A stretch of DNA of 64,000 bases from a virus (Duplodnaviria > Caudoviricetes): the IMG/VR virus record IMGVR_UViG_3300021091_000011. One strand, 5' to 3'. The translations under genes were made by a program, and so were the position numbers. Shown piece after piece: positions 63,489 to 64,000 of the stretch (the first letter of the stretch is position 1; every line of letters starts with the position of its first letter). The notes below the pieces were generated by a model, which saw only the letters and a list, made by a program, of their open reading frames with translations, was not told the DNA's origin and ran no database searches.

Positions 63489-64000
63489 CTACGCCTTTTC
63501 CAAATAAGAGAGAACCCGCTCACGGACGTTTTCAGGAATGTCCGGCATTTCGCGCACGCTATCGGCTACGGACTTCGCGCCGTCCAACGGCTGAAGCGCG
63601 TCCCGAATGCGGCCCACGAAAGCGTCCATTTCTTCTTGTCGACGAACTTGGCGGTCACGCTTCTCAAGATCGAAAATCTGCTCGGGCGTTGCCACGCGCA
63701 ATCGAACAGTCGTGACCTCTAGCGGCTTGCCCTTTTCGCAGGTGAAAATCGCGCAAGCAGGAACACGGCTCAGGTCGTCTTGGGACAGCGAGCCTCGGGT
63801 CAGGCTCCCGATGTTCACGAATGTCTTGCCGCCGATATGCTCAACGCCTTGGTCTTTATGCCAATGTCCGAAGGCGTATAAGTCAGGCGCGGTGTCGAGC
63901 AAGTCGGCGTACTTGATAATGTCCTCGCCCTCGAACATCGTGCCGCCTTGCTTTGACGCGAGCACATGGGCGATGCAGATCAAAAAGTCCTCGTCGCCCC
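63489..64000 (-). CDS. SbcD/Mre11-like metallophosphoesterase, C-terminal part (5' end beyond the window)
   Basis: IAH, YAFGHWH, VNIGSLTR; the frame stays open to the right edge. Confidence 0.8.
   Translation of the reverse strand, partial: GDEDFLICIAHVLASKQGGTMFEGEDIIKYADLLDTAPDLYAFGHWHKDQGVEHIGGKTFVNIGSLTRGSLSQDDLSRVPACAIFTCEKGKPLEVTTVRLRVATPEQIFDLEKRDRQVRRQEEMDAFVGRIRDALQPLDGAKSVADSVREMPDIPENVRERVLSYLEKA

Noticed and set aside
1-64000. Stop-codon reassignment
   Set aside because: Conserved genes (terL, dnaX, MCP, sheath) are full length in code 11, and no suppressor tRNA was found.

Overview
A 64-kb segment of a large, GC-rich contractile-tailed (myovirus, jumbo-like) bacteriophage genome in the standard genetic code, with most genes on the minus strand. 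It holds: (i) a virion morphogenesis block (terminase large subunit, portal, prohead protease, repetitive scaffold, major capsid, two decoration-like paralogues, a 1623-aa tail sheath, an 890-aa beta-repeat fibre); (ii) an RNA island at 8.0-12.2 kb with ten intact tRNA genes (one tRNA-Leu(UAA) split by a group I intron), three damaged tRNA-like genes and two or three candidate structured ncRNAs; (iii) enzymes embedded among the head genes (two topoisomerase IB homologues, a HAD + intein-split CCA-adding polyprotein, an Ntn-hydrolase, a C39 peptidase, a ParB/Srx-like protein, a Dps-like protein); and (iv) a replication/transcription block (DnaX, DnaN, TOPRIM primase, SbcC C-terminal half, SbcD, PD-(D/E)XK nuclease, NusG-like and sigma4-like proteins). 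The strongest candidate for an undescribed system is a 'tag-and-cleave' cargo scheme. Unrelated proteins share a portable ~30-aa module (LIRLASTMPxG..R), and [K/R]-x-A|[S/A/G] motifs sit at domain borders; one such site lies exactly before the catalytic Cys of the Ntn-hydrolase. Also notable are a recurrent G[T/C]TA-N7-TAT promoter-like motif and a ~100-bp palindromic element in three copies. All calls come from motif recognition by eye; no database searches were run.
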